This document shows, one piece after another, positions 47,012-61,993 of a DNA stretch of 64,000 bases (within the stretch, counting starts at the first letter, position 1; each line of letters begins with the position of its first letter). Made by a program: the position numbers and the translations under genes. The DNA comes from Amoebidium appalachense (taxonomy: Eukaryota > Protista > Ichthyosporea). The notes under the pieces are model-generated. The model saw only the letters and a list, made by a program, of their open reading frames with translations, was not told the DNA's origin and searched no databases. Location of the stretch: assembly GCA_963693365.1 (NCBI GenBank), contig CAVNZM010000006.1:5497264-5561263 (forward strand). Reading direction: 5' to 3'.

Positions 47012-47292
47012 GGGGGAGAGGAGGGGGGGGGGGGGGGAGGGGGGAGGGGGGAGCTACTATTGGCTTGGACGCGCGGATGAGTTCTAGAATGGGTTTTTGG
47101 TGTGTAGTTGTAAAAGTAAGCGAAAAACGTGGGGGGAGGGGAGCGGTGAGCAAGGGGGGGGGGGGGGGGGGGGGAAGAGGGAGAGGGAGCGTGGGTCGAC
47201 GAGAGAACTTGAAAGAGAGAGGGGGGTTTGAAGGCAGAACACGGTACAAAGTACACATACACGATGAGAAGCATGGTGCAGGACACATACAT

Positions 47293-47331
<39 letters not shown>

Positions 47332-47786
47332 GTATGAGAGAGGGTGGGTGGGGGATAGAAAGATGCTGGATGTATTCAACAAAACGAACGAACTACAAAG
47401 ACACACAACTAGAACATTGCAGACATGCACAAAGGAGCACACAGACTTAACGCCAAAATTGATAACCAAAATCATTATTTCTCTATTTATTAGTTCACTA
47501 TTGCCATTACCACCATCATTGCTTTATCATTATTGCATTACAATAGTTCTTGTTGCTATTGTTCGGGGAGGGGGGGGGGGGGGGGGGGGGGGGAGGGGGG
47601 GGAGGGATCAATACCGTGGGTGGGCACGGCGCGAGTCGTTTGGCGCAAAGTTTTCTCTGTTGAGGGCGCCTGTGAGCATGCCCCGGCCAAGAGGGGAGTA
47701 GGCAACTATCCCCACACCAAGTTCCCTGTGGTGACGGATGGGACAAACGGGTCAGAGTGTTTGTTTTGCGTGCGTGTTCATGGTTG

Positions 47787-47817
<31 letters not shown>

Positions 47818-48916
47818 GGCGTGTGTGTGTGCCTGTGATTGTATGTGCATGTGTTTGAGTGTGTCTTCGTGTACTTCAATCCACCTTATCGGTGCTAAAA
47901 CAATGCACATGCATGCACGTTATGTCCTTGTGCTCACTCGTGCACACGCTTGCGTGCACCTCCATGTGCACATGTGTACGAGTCCGTGCGTGCGCACAGG
48001 TGCACGCGTGCATACATGTCCGTGTGTGGGCACAGTTGTGGTACATGTATGTGTCCGTGTGTGAGCACAAATGTGCACATGCATACGCGTCTCTATGTGC
48101 ACGCGTTCCCACGTGTGTAAATGTGTCCTCGTGTGTTCACAGGCGTGAACCTGCAGACGTGTTGTCCGTGTTTGCACATGTGTACGTGTGTACGTGTCCG
48201 TGTATGCGCGTGCACCTACCTGGCCGTTGGCACGACCTCCCTCTCAATGTCACGTGACCACAGGGACCATTCCATCTGGATGGCGCTGATTGGGTGAATC
48301 GCATGAGCCCGGCGGAGGTTGGACGCAGACACCTCCGAAAGACCAATGTGGTGAATCTTGCCTGTGATAAATGTGCATGTGTGGATGTACGTGTGTGTGT
48401 GTACGTGTGTGTTTAGGTGTGTGTGTAGGAGAGGGGGAGGGGGGAGGGAGGGAGGGAGGGAGGGAAAGGTGTGTGTGTGGGGAGAGGGAGGGGGGGGGGG
48501 GGAGAGAGAGAGAGAGAGAGGGGGGGGGGGGGGGGGGGGGGGGAGAGGGAGGGAGGTGTGTGTGTGTGCGCGCGTGCGTGTGTGTTTTTGTGTATGTGTG
48601 TATGTGTGCGAGTGTGTGAGTGTGCGCTCGGGCAAAATGGTCGAAGATGCAGTGAAGTATCGTATTCGTACCCGAATTCCCCGTGTGGGTATGCTCTGGG
48701 CTCAATTGATTTTTCTTTATTACCAGTATTATTCCTTTTTTTTTTTTTTTTTTTTTTTTTTTGTGGAGGGGGAGAGGGGGGGGGGTCCATCTTTCTCTCC
48801 TTTTTGGTTTATTGCACTGTCCTTCATTACTTTTACCATATTGCTCTTATCATACATATTATTGTAATCATTATATTTGTTCTTGCTCTTTTCTTTTCTT
48901 TTCTTTTTCCCGGGTT

Positions 48917-48952
<36 letters not shown>

Positions 48953-48967
48953 TTTCTTTCTTTTTTT

Positions 48968-49018
<51 letters not shown>

Positions 49019-49153
49019 GAATGCGGAACACGGTACGAAGTACGCATACACGAAGGACACATGCAAATGCAAACATTCAAGTATGCAACATCAGCCATAC
49101 GCACAGTATGCGTCATAAGCAGAGCCCATCCTCAGGGAGGGCCCAAGTCATCA

Positions 49154-49220
<67 letters not shown>

Positions 49221-49632
49221 GGGGGAAGAGGGAGAGGACGTTCCACACCTTCCTCGACAAGCAACTTCAGCTCAGCCATGGTCTCCTCAATGGGCACTTT
49301 CGGGTCGACCCGGTGCTGGTAGTACAGATCGATGTAGTCTGTACCGAGCACCTTTAACGAATCCTCGCACGAGCGGCGCACATTCTCCCTGGAAGAGTCC
49401 AGAACCATCTGTCCGTCACGGAATTCGATGCCAAATTTGGTAGCGACGATGAACTTTTCCCGTCTTCCTTTTATGGCCTTGCCTACGAGCTCCTCGTTGC
49501 GCTCTCCCAGGGGAGACCTAGAAAAACGAGTTAAAGAAACACGGGAGACTTGTGGTTATTGGTTTGCTCAACATTTTTTGGGATTGCCCTCTTTTTTATT
49601 TTATTTTTATTTTTATTTTGCTAAGTGGTGGC

Positions 49633-49663
<31 letters not shown>

Positions 49664-49932
49664 TGTGTGTGTGTGTGTATGTAGGGTGGGTGAGTGGGTG
49701 GATGGTGGTGGTGGTGGTTATAGGGGGGGGGGGGGGGGGGGGGGGGGGGGTGACGCGGCCAGGGGGGGGGAGGGGGGGGAAGAGGGGGGAGGGGGGGTGA
49801 TGCATGCGTTAGAGGGTTGGAAATATGGAGGAGACAACAAAGAGCATCAACAAAACGTCGCAAAAGCGGGAAGTCCAAAATCAAACAATTCAAGCGTGCA
49901 GGCAGAAGACACTTGAGCAGAGCCCATCATCA

Positions 49933-49976
<44 letters not shown>

Positions 49977-50114
49977 TGTATGCATGAGTGGATGCCAACC
50001 ATAGAAGCAGGGCATTGAACAACTACACAGACAAGCACACAAAAGATAATTCGAAAACATCGGGAAGGCAGAAGTTGTGTGTGTGTGTGTGGGGTGTGGT
50101 GGTGGTGGTGGTGT

Positions 50115-50145
<31 letters not shown>

Positions 50146-50997
50146 CGAAGCAGAGACGACACAAGCGGGTGGGCAGGGGGAGGGGGGGAGGGGGGAGGGA
50201 GAGGGAAAGGGGAGGAACAATGGAGGAGGGGACATTTGGAGGGAGGGGAGGCGCTGGGGAGAGGAGGGAGGGGGGAGGGGGTGGGGAGAGTGGCCTGCGA
50301 GAGAGAGGTGTGAGTGTGAGTGAGAGAGAAAGAGAGACCGGGGCGGGGGGGCGGGGGGCGAGCGAGAGAGAGCGAGAGAGCGAGAGAGAGAGGACGGCTA
50401 TACCGCACCCAAATACCCAAACCCAAACCTAGATTTTAAATCCAGATGTCACGCATGCGGCATGACCGCTGCTTCGCATCACGCCTATGTGTTATGAAAG
50501 AAACAAAAATACTCTATTAAGGAATTATAAAACATACAAATATTAATGTTGCGTAATAATTTAATATTTCTCAGTCGAAAATGTACCAGAAATACACTTA
50601 AGATCTTAGTTCTTGGCGTTTTTTTGCTTCTTCTTGTTATCGCTGAAACATTTGGGTTTGGGTTTAGGAATCTAGAAGACCCCCCCCCCCCCCCCCCCCC
50701 CCCCCCTCTAGATTCCTATCCCAAACCCAGATTCTGGACCGTGAAACCCAAATTACCTGCCTTATGTGGAAAAGACACGTTATCAAAAACACGCTTCTCT
50801 TATAAGATTCAGGTGCTCGTTGATGATCTATGGCATATGCGACCACGCGATGATTGGTGGCAGATTGAAACGCAATATTTCGCTATCCAATCGACCGTCA
50901 ATACTTGTATTAAATCTAGGAATCTGGGTTTGGGTTTGGGTATTTGGGTGGGATATAGTCGCCCAGAGAGAGAGAGAGAGAGAGGAGAGGGGGGGAG

Positions 50998-51029
<32 letters not shown>

Positions 51030-51300
51030 CAGGGACAGGGAGAGGAGAAGGAGTATACTGAAAGAGACACAAAGAGATAAAAAAAAAAAAGAGAGAGATG
51101 AGGGGCTGGTCAGAAGGTGGGTGGGTGGGTGGGTGAGGGGGGAGGAGGAGGGGAGCGAGAGCGAGAGAGTGTGTGTGTATGTATTCATTATATCTCAGAA
51201 ACTGGTACGTGAATGTTACGGTTTTAGCAACCACCAGATTTCTCTTTACCTTTCAGAATCTCTTACACTCACACTCACTTTCCTCCCTTCCCTGTTCCTT

Positions 51301-51372
<72 letters not shown>

Positions 51373-51375
51373 TTT

Positions 51376-51445
<70 letters not shown>

Positions 51446-51463
51446 TTTCCTCCCTTCCCCATT

Positions 51464-51536
<73 letters not shown>

Positions 51537-52021
51537 CCCCCCCCCCCCCCCCCCCCCCCCCTCTGTCTAATCTCTCTATTCTCCCCTCACCTCTCCCTCC
51601 CCCTTTCTCGTTCTCTCTTGCTCGCTGACTCTGCCCCCCCTCCTCCCTCCCTTTCCTTCTCCACTCCCTCTTCTTTTCTCGCATGCTTCAGAATCTCTTG
51701 TCTCCTCCGAAGTTCAATTCTTTTGCTCTGGTCTATTTTTCCCAACTCTCCACGCACGTTGGTGTGAAAACCAGCAGCAGGACTCTCAAGGACTACAAAT
51801 TACCTTTCCCCCCTCCCTCCCTCCCTCCTCCCCCCCCCCCCGCCCCACCACCACCACCACCACCAGCACCACCAAACCCCCCAGTCTTCATTTTTTCCTC
51901 CATCACAAAAGATTTTCAAAACATTGCTTATCTCTATAGTCATACACATGCACAGCTTCGTCCTCTTCCCCACCCTCCCCCAGGCAATCCAAGTTGCTTC
52001 CCTCCCTCCGTCACTCCCCCG

Positions 52022-52068
<47 letters not shown>

Positions 52069-52381
52069 GTGCCACACTCCCCCTCCCTTCTTTTCAAGTT
52101 TAGTTTTATAGGCTGTTTTATCCGTTTGCTCTCCCCCCTCCCCCTCCCCCTCCCTCCCCCCCCTTCCCCCACCAACTATTCCCTTGCACTAACCTGTAAA
52201 CAAAGGCAGTGTCAAGGAAATTGACGCCCAGCCTGAGCGCCTCATCCACCGTAGCCAGAGATTCGACCTCATGTTCTGCCGAGGACTTCACGTAGAAGGC
52301 AGTCATACCCATGCACCCCAGCCCTTGGCGCGAGACGCGCAGTCCGGCCTTTCCAAGCGCTACCTGCTGAATGGCGTTCAT
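46397..52381 (-). CDS. Aldo-keto reductase (AKR13/YakC-like), ~339 aa, 5 exons
   Basis: Exons 52381-52194, 49517-49249, 48361-48220, 47725-47615, 46706-46397 (1020 nt). Motifs [66 protein letters not shown]. Confidence 0.93.
49799..49932 (-). repeat. Intronic dispersed repeat family A copy in AKR intron 1
   Basis: Reverse complement resembles 34504-34639 end to end; lies between G runs on the plus strand. Confidence 0.85.
50392..50964. mobile_element. Foldback/MITE-like element with CCCAAA-rich inverted arms in AKR intron 1
   Basis: Left arm GGACGGCTATACCGCACCCAAATACCCAAACCCAAACCTAGATT; right arm reverse-complement GGGCGACTATATCCCACCCAAATACCCAAACCCAAACCCAGATT. An internal inverted pair (50651-50676, 50707-50733) surrounds a C run. 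Confidence 0.7.
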
Positions 52382-54050
52382 GGTTGTGCCGGTGACAGGG
52401 TGTGTGGGGGGAATTGAAGGGGAGTGAATAAACGTGAAGGGAAACGTTCTGAACAAAGCAAACTTGACTCAGCTTTGCCGAGTGTGCCTGACGTCACGCA
52501 CGGTTATTGACTGCAGTGGCGGAAACGTTTTTTTTTGCACCGACTCTCAGAAGAATTTCGCTTTCGGGGTGTAAAAAATAGTGTTATCGTGAGAAATTTT
52601 CATCATGTGCTGTTTGTTATCGACATAGATACATTAGTGCAGTCTGTGTTGAGTGAATGTACAATTACTACTGTACTACTGTACACATATTCTAAATTAG
52701 TCCAGGAACATTTTTGATCCTCTTTTGTAGGGTCGATACTGCCTTATACGGACGTCCGCGGCCGTAATCGTTGTCCATGTATCAGATGTATGTCCATGTT
52801 GCACGGTTTCCTTACTCGGTTGCAGCCCTGTTAGGTTGGTATGCACAGGCTGGTATGCACGTTGTATCCACCTGTGTACCGGCACGCCACTTAGTAAAGT
52901 GTATATTTGCATGTGCCACTGTGTCTAACCGGCAAATAGTGTCTCTTGGTTAAGCACATGCATTCAATATTGTTTGAAGAATTATAAGCAGCGTAGTAAC
53001 GAAGATCTCCAGTGGAGCCCGGCCTAAACCCAAAAAATTATCAAGCACCGGAAGAAATCTAGCAGGAGATTCCAGGAATTAGATCGAGAAGCGTCGGTAC
53101 GTTATGATTCACATGATCGGCCTGGGCTAACAAAGTGGCCTGCCAATCAGATTAAAAATACTGTGTCGATCAGATCAGGTGAATTCCAATGAGGCTTGAC
53201 GGGCCCCTGGGCCCTGAGTCCTGACGATGTCCGCAGCAATACAAAGTGCATAAACCCCCAATGAGGGTTGATTCTAGAATTTCAGAACCAATAAGCTATT
53301 ACGACTAGCTTATATCTTATTGGCGGCCGGCCTTCGCCACCCAAAAAAAAACAAACAAAACATTTAACACATTTAAGCATCATACAGTGTTTTCTTACCG
53401 GGCAAAATACAAATCATAGCTGTTGTATCTACCTAACTGGTTTTCACAACACCTGGAAGCTGAGGGGGTCTGTCTTGCCCAGTGTAAAGATCGGTCGACC
53501 TTTATAATGCTAACGCGCTGGGCGGCGGAGACCCTATGTCATGCTTGCGCAAGGTCGCTCTACCAATCGCCCACTGCTGGCAGTGAGCAGTTGTTGCCAC
53601 AGGTCTGGCCAGTATGACAAATACATAGAGCAGCTCACTTGAGGTTCCACTTTTTTCCTTTTATTTGTGCACAGCAGAGGTTAGACGTGTGTCTTTTCCG
53701 TAACTTACGCACTTACTTGAGGTTGCCGTCAGGTGGATTTGAGGCTAAGCGTTATAGGACTCAAGAATTCCAGCTATTAGTGTTAGGATGGTAGAAGCTT
53801 GCGGATTGGGGACTGGGAATCCGTTCAGGGCCACGCAAACTTTAGAAGGTAACATGGAGCAAACCGAGTAGAGCATTTGAGTAGAGCCCTGAGTTGTGTC
53901 CTTACCAGCATCTCATGTTACAAAATACTGAGCCTAGCTCGACCTCCTAGTCAGATGCAAGCCGGTTACCATTCTCTTTTTAGCAATTTCAGCCGCGGTC
54001 TCAGCGTCACGAAAATGGTTCTTGTTCTGACACAATGATTCGGGGTCAGT

Positions 54051-54095
<45 letters not shown>

Positions 54096-54166
54096 CCCCC
54101 CCCCCCCTCCCCCCCCCCCTCCCCCCCCCTCCCCCTCCCCCCCCCCCCTTTTCTTTTGTGCTTTTC

Positions 54167-54202
<36 letters not shown>

Positions 54203-54647
54203 CTTCGGTACTCCCAACACGTACTGCACACGGTTAAGTAATCACAGTTTCCCATCTTTCGACTTTTGGGCTCCCCCTTTCCCTCCCCCCCTCTTCCTTC
54301 CTTTCTCTCTTCTGCATTCCCAACCTCTGCTGCACACGTTTCAGTAATTAAAGTTTCCCACCTTTCGACCAATCTTCTTCTATTGTGTTGAGCTACCTTG
54401 GGTCTCTCCCCCCCCCCCCCCCCCCCCCTCCCCTTCCCCACCCTTCCCCCCCCCCCCACACTCACCCATCCACCCCTTTTTTTGGGTTTCCTTGTTTCTT
54501 TTAATTCTTTTTGTCAACTCTTGGGGTCAATCACATCGGTCAAGAATTTCCTTCAAATCTCCAACTCCATATGCAAACCACGTGCTTTTGCTCTGTAACC
54601 ATTATATCATGGCCCAATCAAGTTGCATCAACATTTATACAGCCACG

Positions 54648-54694
<47 letters not shown>

Positions 54695-54774
54695 TCTCCC
54701 CATTCCCATCTTTCCATCCTCCCAACCCGTCTCCATGCAAGTGCAAAGATTGTGGACTCTACTTTTAGGCTATG

Positions 54775-54891
<117 letters not shown>

Positions 54892-55774
54892 CCCCTCCCT
54901 CCCCCTCCCTCCCTCCCTTCCTCCCTCCCTCCCTCCCTCCCTCCCTCCCCCCCCCCCCCCGGTACCCCGCCCTCCCTCCTTTCCTCCCTTCTCCCCCCAC
55001 CCCCCCTCCCTCACTCCCCTCACTCCTTACCCACCCTCCCTTCTCTCCCTCTCCCTCTCCTTCCCTCTGTCCGTCCGTCCGTCCGTCCCTCCCTCCCTTC
55101 GCCGTCCTTCCTTTCCTCCCCGCCCCCCCTCCCCCCCCCCCCGCCCCTCGTCCTCCCCCCCCACTCCCCTCCCTCCCTCTCCCTCTCCCTCTCCCTCCAT
55201 CCCTCCCCCCCCCCCCCCCCCCCCCCCTCTCCTCTGCCTCTCTCTGCGCCTCGAGTAAAGTGTAACCCCCCCTTTTCCCTCTCTCTATGTATGTATATAC
55301 ATGTATATCACACACACACACAGACTCTCTCTCTCTCTCTCTGTCTGTCTCTCACTCCCCCCCCCCCCCCCCCCCCCCCCTCCCCTCCCTTCCCCCCTTC
55401 CCCCTGCCACCCCCTCATCCACTCCGCACCGTCAGCTCTCACATGCACACACGGTGGCCTTTTCCCCTCATTTTCTCCCTTCTGGTTCTCCCTTCCCCTC
55501 CCCCCCTCCCCACCCCCCGGCTGCCGTCTCTCCCCCGTGCTCTCCCTCCCTCCTTCATTCCTCCCTCCTTTCTTTCTCTCTCTCTCTTCCCCCTCTCCCC
55601 CCTCCCTCTTCTCTTCACACTCCGCATGACACACACACACACTCTCTCTCTCATCCCCCCCCCCCCCCCCTTTTCATTCCCTTTCTCTCTCTCCCTCAAT
55701 CTCTCTCTCTCTTCACACAACCTCTCTCCCATGCACACACGGTCTCTCTTAACCTCTTCCCTACTTCTCTCCCT

Positions 55775-55805
<31 letters not shown>

Positions 55806-56268
55806 GGCCCTTCCCTCTTAGAATCACACTTCCTATACATCTTCCCAACACAACTCGACACCACGAAAGCCTTCCTGCCCACATTTGTGGCTCTGCAATC
55901 TCTTGAGCTAGCCTTCAGTGCTGTACCCTCACGGTGGCCTCTAAGTCTGGGTCACCAGGTTTTGGTTTGTCTTAGATTGCGATCCAACTTGTTAGTGCGA
56001 TGTTCCTTTATGAAACACTCATTTAACAGCCCCCCCCCCCTTCCTCCCATGTTCAAGTGGCGAAGCAGTGTTAAAGCAGTATCTGAGTTGGATTTCGGTC
56101 GACGAGGTGTTCGGGTGTCTCGGTATGTGTGACGTGTGAAACTGAGTGTGTGTGTGTGTGTGTGTGTGTGTGTTCCCTTTTCCGTATCTCCCGATCCTCC
56201 CCCCCCCCCCCCCCCCCCCCCCCCAAACAAAAAAAATAATTGAATAATAAAAGCGAAGAAAAGAACAA

Positions 56269-56326
<58 letters not shown>

Positions 56327-56622
56327 ACATGCATACACACACACCAAAAAAAATTGAAAGTTCTAAAGGCTTATAAAGCTACTGAAGTTCAGTCCCTTTC
56401 TGATCCTCGGTCTGTGTCTTTCGACACAGAAACTTCATCTACAAAGAAATTCGAATTATTCCTTCTCGTGGCAGTGTTTACCGTACTGGCATGTGTAGTG
56501 TGTATTCCCTGTGATGTAGTGCATGCAGGTGCACGAACACACCGGGCACACAACACAATTGCCGCTCGCGTGCACCATTATGACATGTGTACCAACACTC
56601 AACCAACCACGTATATACACAC

Positions 56623-56675
<53 letters not shown>

Positions 56676-57112
56676 AACATAATATACCTACAGACCTGCA
56701 CTCTAACGTGCACGTGCACCTGTACACAGTCTAACTGGAAAAGCAAAAAAACGGTCGGCTGTTTAATCATCGGCTTTGCCACAAATGCACCTCCCCGCCG
56801 CCCCCACGGCATCGCACACTTGCATGTGCACAAGTCGTTACATAGCCCACTGAGCCCAGGCCCTGAGGGGTTGGGCAACCATAATGCTGCCCCCCCCCCC
56901 CCCCCGCCCCCCCAAGTCCAACGCATGGGTATCCAAGTATGCATATCCGGGAGCCTGCAGCCAATAGATCGCTCTGTGACATGAAGCGTCATCTTGCTAT
57001 CTATTGGCTGCAGGAGAGGGGGCAAGCAACTAAACGGCAATAGAACCTACCTGCATGCGCTATTCCTATTGGATTCCTGAGTATGGTCAAACCCCCCCCC
57101 CCCCCCCCCCCC

Positions 57113-57155
<43 letters not shown>

Positions 57156-57496
57156 CCACACAACAACACCCGCCACACAACAACAACTGTTACAACAACA
57201 ACAACCACCACCACCCATAAATTTGTGTGAAGTTGCAATCTGCGTTTAGCTATAGTTGTCCGTCATGAATGCATGTGTAGTTCTACCTTCGATTGCAACT
57301 CTTTCTACCCCCCTCCCCCCCCCCTCCCCCCTAACACCTAAACCTCCCAACACACACAAACAACCACACCCACCCACCCACACTCTCCCACACTGCCACG
57401 CATCTTAGAATTCGTTACCAAACACACTTGCACATACGGACAAAAGTGTGTGTGCCCGTCGCGCACACACACGGGGCCACATGCGCGCCCACAAGG

Positions 57497-57723
<227 letters not shown>

Positions 57724-58650
57724 TACACAGGTAAATGGTGTGTGTGCGTGCTGTGTGTGTATGAGTTGATGCCACACAGTTATGATACGGGCGTGCATAT
57801 TCGTGTGTGATAGAGTGTGGGTGGGTACCGAGTCCGAGATTCAAGAGTGGATGTGTGGACGCGCAGGGAGAGGTTACGGGTGCAGGTGTCTAGACCTGCG
57901 TTCCGTTCGTGCGCGCTACTTTATCCGTAACTCGCACGTGTGACGTACAGGCACAGGGAGAAAGATTGTTTCCTTTCAGCCAGGCTGCTTCTCGGAGGCT
58001 GACAGAACCCTTGCACCCAACTGTTTGCGTGCTAACGGGATAAACATCACCTGACTTTCAGGCAGCACGCTACTACACATGCCCTTGGCAATCTACTAGG
58101 TTTCGGGAAGAACTCCGCGAAATCGTTAGCCTGGCTAACTTTGAGGGTGAACGTGTTTATAAGTGTGTGTGGTTTTTTCTCTCTGAAGCCGTCTTGCGCA
58201 AACATCGTTAGCAATTCATGCTCCCGAGCATCACAGGTTCCTTTTTGTTTTTCAAATCTTTTGGAAAGGAGAAGCTTGAAGTGTGCAGGACCGCTGATGT
58301 TCCACAGGGGTCATCAGCCACATGGAACAAGCTGCTATAAAAAAAAAAAAAAAAAAAAAAAAGGCCGCCTTGTGCCTTTGCGCTCCTTTGCGCTGCGCAA
58401 AAGTTGCCGCATGTCACTGCGTGACACAAAGCAAATTGCGGCAGACTATTTGGTCGCATTTGATTGGCGTATTCACTTCATATGTGTCAATTAGTACGAG
58501 ATAGCATTATAAAGGTCGACCCATCTTTAACGGAGATGGAATAATCACTGTGACTCCGTGCATGCACGTGGGTGTGTGTGACATGCATATGTACATATTG
58601 TAATATTCTAACACGTACTGACGTGTTGCCGCACGTGCGACGTTATACAC

Positions 58651-58688
<38 letters not shown>

Positions 58689-59770
58689 GAAAAGGAAAAA
58701 GGAGACACCGCCTCAGTTACTGTGCTAGTGTAATATTTGTATCAATATATATCTGGCTTGAAAGACGTACGTATACTCTTTCACATATTATCCAATAATA
58801 AAGTCTGGCATATCCTTTCCATGCAAGGCTTCTGCGCGTTTGTACTATTTTGATGCCGCTCTTATCACTGAGCTGTGTCTGTCCGTGTGTGTGTGTGCGC
58901 CGTGACCGTTCAGGAACGCGTCTGGTTCTTATCAGCCGCTCACCCGGCCCATACCTACATTAAATACTTCATACCACCTGCAGCTGTGAACACAGACACG
59001 CCATTTTTTTTGTGAACTTGGACTGATCAAATTGAACAGGTCTTGGAACCGTTCCTTTGCCCCATCTACTTTTTCAAAGGATGGCATCAATATTCATATG
59101 AATCACTGTTTCTAAAATACATTATGGCCAAAGTCAACTACGAATTGCAAACACGTTGATACATACAGACAGTACCCCGACACTAGCTTCAAGCTTATTA
59201 AGGTTTTGCTTTTGAACACTTGGCTCTTGGTGATAATGCCAGTCATAATAATAATTCAAGTTGCCTCAGAGTCTTCGATGTAGAACCACCATGTACCGAA
59301 ACGTACATTAATTCTAAAGTTTTTGGTTGGTAGCATGTAGTGTGCACAACTTGATCCCGTCGTGCACAGCGTGACAAGACAAACCGTTGCCGCCAACGTT
59401 ACAGTGTGTGTAGTTTCCAGCACAGTACGTCTCTATCGTCCTCTGCTTGCTTCTCTGAGTCACTCAACCTGTGTTAGTCCGACGTTGTCTCACAGCCACC
59501 ATACATGGACATACACTGCCACTAGTATACTGTGTGATGCAGTTCGAGTCACAAATCCGATACAAGTATTTGCAGCAACGAATATCCACTCGAAACTTAC
59601 ATATTAAGGTCGAGCTAATAGTACCCTGAGCTGGGGCATATGAACATCAAATTTAATTTTTTTTTCCCCTCATCTGGCCCTAGGTTAGCCAGCCATATAT
59701 CTGGCAGAGAAGCACATACCTGTCACAGTGCTCATGAATCTGAGCTCTTGTGAGATTGAAGACAATCATT

Positions 59771-60447
59771 ATGGCACGGCTATGGCACGGGGCGATTCTT
59801 TGCGCCGTAGTGTGTGGTATTTGTACACAAGCGGCAGGCATCGCATATAAGCCTACAAGCATAAATACACAGTCAGTCGAAAATTCCAACTCTTACGAGT
59901 TTTCACGGAAGCCAAGGGCCGAAACATCACCACCAAACACAACCTCGTTCGGTCGGTATATGAATATAGCGCAGGATGCGTATAAAGAACCAATCAGTGA
60001 CGAGGGTTATAATTTAACGACGGAGGAGAAAGATGCTAAGGACAGGGATCGGGGTGCGAAATTCAACATCACCTCTGAGGTTGCTGCCTGCTTACTGTCA
60101 CGATTCAACAAAACAACGGTGAGTCACGGTAGATCTAAACCTTTTTGTGGTTTATACACGTATCTTCGCTCAAAAAAAAAGGTAAAATTTTTCATTATAG
60201 AATTTTTTTAGGAAGGGGAAAAAGCAGTTTAACATTTTTGGTATAGAAAATTTAAGAAGGGAAAAGCATCGACGTGGTCAGACTCTGGCCCGCAGTAGTA
60301 ATTTCCCGGTCACCGCCCTTGCTCTAGCAACATCTCTGTTATGCAAAGTGTCAAGTATTATTACGCGATTAATATTTAGGCTAATGTTTTGATAGGAAAA
60401 CACCAATAGCATGTAAGGTAGTACGTGCGTACCCCTTGACCGTGAGA

Positions 60448-60521
<74 letters not shown>

Positions 60522-60735
60522 ACCTGCAGTTACACACATAAGAAATGGACACAAACACCCATTTGCTCGCACACACTATGCCATACACGCCACACACGGC
60601 TAACCATACAGTCGCATGCATCTGGTAACATCGGTACCACTGAGTACGCACGCATCACGCACACACCGTGACATGCATATGTGCGAGAGGGTCCGCAGAC
60701 CCACCCTTGCGATGCGCACATATGGACCCAGTGCA

Positions 60736-60771
<36 letters not shown>

Positions 60772-60789
60772 ACAGACACACGCACACAC

Positions 60790-60859
<70 letters not shown>

Positions 60860-61034
60860 GCGCGCGCACACACATAAACACACGTGTAGCTACACAGACA
60901 TCATACTACAAACATACTCTCTGGCACATAAGCAGACGTGAACACATACACCAACACACATATACACGGACACAGTCAACTACCCATACACGCACACCAA
61001 CACACATACACGTATACAATAACAAGCTGACCCC

Positions 61035-61068
<34 letters not shown>

Positions 61069-61747
61069 CTACAACCACAGCCACCACCCCACCCCACCCC
61101 TCACCCCCTCCCTTCCCTCTCCCCACCCCCCCCATTTTTTTTTTTCAGGAAAACAACGTGTTTCTCGTTCATTCCTTTCCCGATGCCAACAATCTTCTAT
61201 GCTGCAAAAGAAACCTCACCAGAGCATGCACGACTCGATCCAGGCCCCGTGTGAGTGTTTTCCGTCAAAGAGGAAACGCCACGGACACGTTATTGTTTGG
61301 AAAGGAAATACCAATTTATCAGCAGAATATTTACACGTAAGAACCCCCCCCCCCCCCTCTCCCCCTCCCCCCATCCCCTTTTAAGCACCACAGTAACCAG
61401 AATTTTTTTTTTTTTTTTTTTTTTGGTTGTGATCAATAGTTTTGTTTCGCTGTGGCATCCCGGGGAGATGAAAGTGGAGGGCATATCCTCATTTCCGCTG
61501 CTGCGGAGAACAACCCCCCTCCCCCCTCCCCCCCCCCCCCCCCCCCCAAAAAAAAAAGGATTTAGGGGGCCCGGGGGAGGAGGGGGTGGGGAAGGGGGGG
61601 GGGGGGGGGGGGGGGGGGGGGGAGGGGGGGGCTCGTGCACAAAAATGTGGGCACACCTGTGTGTGCGTGCGCGCGCACACACACAGATATTCGCAACAAC
61701 TCACATACACTCGTGCACACACACATGAGTTGCACATCTACCACACG

Positions 61748-61790
<43 letters not shown>

Positions 61791-61854
61791 CACACACACA
61801 CACAGACACACCCACCCACACACACACACAAACACACACACACACGCGCGCGTG

Positions 61855-61907
<53 letters not shown>

Positions 61908-61951
61908 CATACACACACACACACACACTTGCACATACACACACAAGTACA

Positions 61952-61993
<42 letters not shown>

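Noticed and set aside
49799-49933. Family A/B repeats as box C/D snoRNAs (TGATGA at one 5' end, intronic, sense)
   Set aside because: Box C is not conserved across copies, a terminal CTGA is mostly absent, and many copies are truncated. An Rfam search would settle it.
50400-50950. True telomeric sequence
   Set aside because: Only 2-3 CCCAAA units at a time, internal and arranged as inverted arms.
46397-52381. Recent horizontal transfer or bacterial contamination of the AKR gene
   Set aside because: The gene has four typical host introns and the family is widespread in eukaryotes; no phylogeny is available here.
52950-54030. Unique-sequence block possibly a decayed transposon or gene
   Set aside because: No long ORF, terminal repeats or motifs that I could identify.
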